DNA of 64,000 nt from the human T2T-CHM13v2.0 reference genome, Homo sapiens, in NCBI RefSeq assembly GCF_009914755.1, contig NC_060945.1; one strand, given 5' to 3'. This document shows, in pieces, positions 62,716 through 64,000 of this stretch; within the stretch, counting starts at the first letter, position 1; every line of letters begins with the position of its first letter. The position numbers were made by a program, and so were the translations under genes. Under the pieces are notes generated by a model that had not been told where the DNA came from, made no database searches, and worked only from the letters and a program-made list of their open reading frames with translations.

Positions 62716-64000
62716 AAAGTGCGTTGGAAGGTGTTGGGAGAGCCTCATCCCGAATTTCACTGACGGACAAGGGCACAGAGAGTCCACCGGGCTCCCTTGC
62801 ACATCAGCTGGAGTGCGCAATGAGCGCAGGTCTAGCCAGGAGTACGGGAAAGAGAGCTAGAGGTCTGCGTTCTGCCGCCAGGCGCTCCATGGTGGCAGCT
62901 AGGGGTCTGCAGGGGCACCGGAGGGCGGGCGATGGTCGCGGGGAGATGCAGAGGTGGCGAGCCGCTGGAGGGTTGTCAGGCCTGGACGCTGTGAGGGTCC
63001 GTTTTTTCACCGGATTGGGGTCTCCACCCAGCCCAGGGGAGGATGCATTTTCCTGACCTGGGCGGTGGGGGTGGCTTGGGGCTGGTCAGGCGGGGGTGGG
63101 GAAGTGGAAAGGCATGAGAGTTCTGCCCGGGCTGCTCCCACAGCCCAGGTGGCTTCCCGGAAACCCGCACGTGCGCAGTAGGCGGCCTACCTCCTGGTAC
63201 CTCGGCCGGCTCTGGGATCCCTGGGATGCCCAGGAAAGAATGGCAGTTCCCTGCTGTGTGGAGTCTCTCACCGGGCCTAGACCTAGAAGGCAGGAATCCC
63301 AGGTCAGTCAGCCCAGTGGAGGGGGCGGGGGAAAGACACACTCCTCCATAGCCAGCCAGGTGTTCCCCGCGAAGGAGTGGCCACGGCCCTGCCCCGACCC
63401 GACACCTTCCCAACCCCGCTTCCTAAAGCTCCTCCAGCAGTGCCCTGTATTCTTCCTCGCTGAGGGGTTCTTCCAGTCATGCGGCCCCTTCCAAGGCCTC
63501 CAGCTCCCCCGGGGCGTCCGTTTCTAGGAAAGATTGCGCCTGCTGCAGAAACTTCGGGCTTGCCAGGAGCTCATCCAGCAGCAGGCCAGAGGGGAGTGCA
63601 GACGAGCACCCCGGACCCTGGAGTGCCTGGGAGGGCGCCGGGATGCCTTGCATCTGCCCCTGCCGTGTGGAGGCCTCCGGGGGCGTGGGCTGGCGAGGTA
63701 GAGCTGCCCCGACTTGGGGTTCCCATGCCACCCTGGAGACCTGGGGACCCCGGCCCCAGCCCCACCAAGGACACGACTGGGACGCAGGTGGCGCAAGCAC
63801 ACCTTGGCCCTGTGGCCCCACTTGAGCGGGCCCAGGGTATCCCACTATGCTAGGGCCCGGCAGCCCGTCGAGCTACGGGTCCCGGTCCTCCCGGCTTTAG
63901 CCCAGGTGCGGAGGCCACCAAGGAGCCTGAGGGTGGGAGTGCACCACTTCCGGTGGAGCAGAGGTGGCGTAGACAAAATCCCCGCGTGCCATGGCAGGTT
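62716..64000 (-). repeat. D4Z4-derived unit K, 3' part; continues beyond the window
   Basis: pLAM-like tail, KpnI site, DUX4-like C-terminal region. Confidence 0.9.
63423..64000 (-). pseudogene. DUX4L: DUX4-like pseudogene, C-terminal part with premature TGA
   Basis: ORF 63477..63845 ...[35 protein letters not shown] stops before the terminal LLEEL-TAG (63423). Confidence 0.88.

Overview
This is not microbial DNA. It is hominoid (most likely human) heterochromatic sequence: a composite macrosatellite in which ~2.73-2.79 kb D4Z4-derived units alternate with 2-10 kb blocks of 68-bp beta (Sau3A/BSR) satellite. Each unit carries a DUX4-like double-homeobox pseudogene with its promoter, exon-2/KpnI region and a pLAM/exon-3-like tail. 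I count 6 complete units (10368, 17899, 31118, 39626, 49433 on +; 54312 on -), 2 units cut by the window edges and 3 rearranged fragments. Orientation is - (1-5974), + (5975-52668), - (52669-64000), so there are two inversion junctions. No copy has an intact DUX4 ORF; the closest (40422-41690) has only one nonsense codon. Such arrays are known from acrocentric short arms, pericentromeres and chrY; I cannot assign the locus without a search. I found no new biological system. The most interesting observations are evolutionary and mechanistic: every unit mimics the FSHD-permissive 4qA distal end but lacks its polyA signal, pLAM looks like a decayed copy of the DUX4 5'UTR/start, all promoters have TATAA, and several junctions carry repair scars. 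Comparisons to canonical DUX4/4qA/10q sequence are from memory and need alignment.
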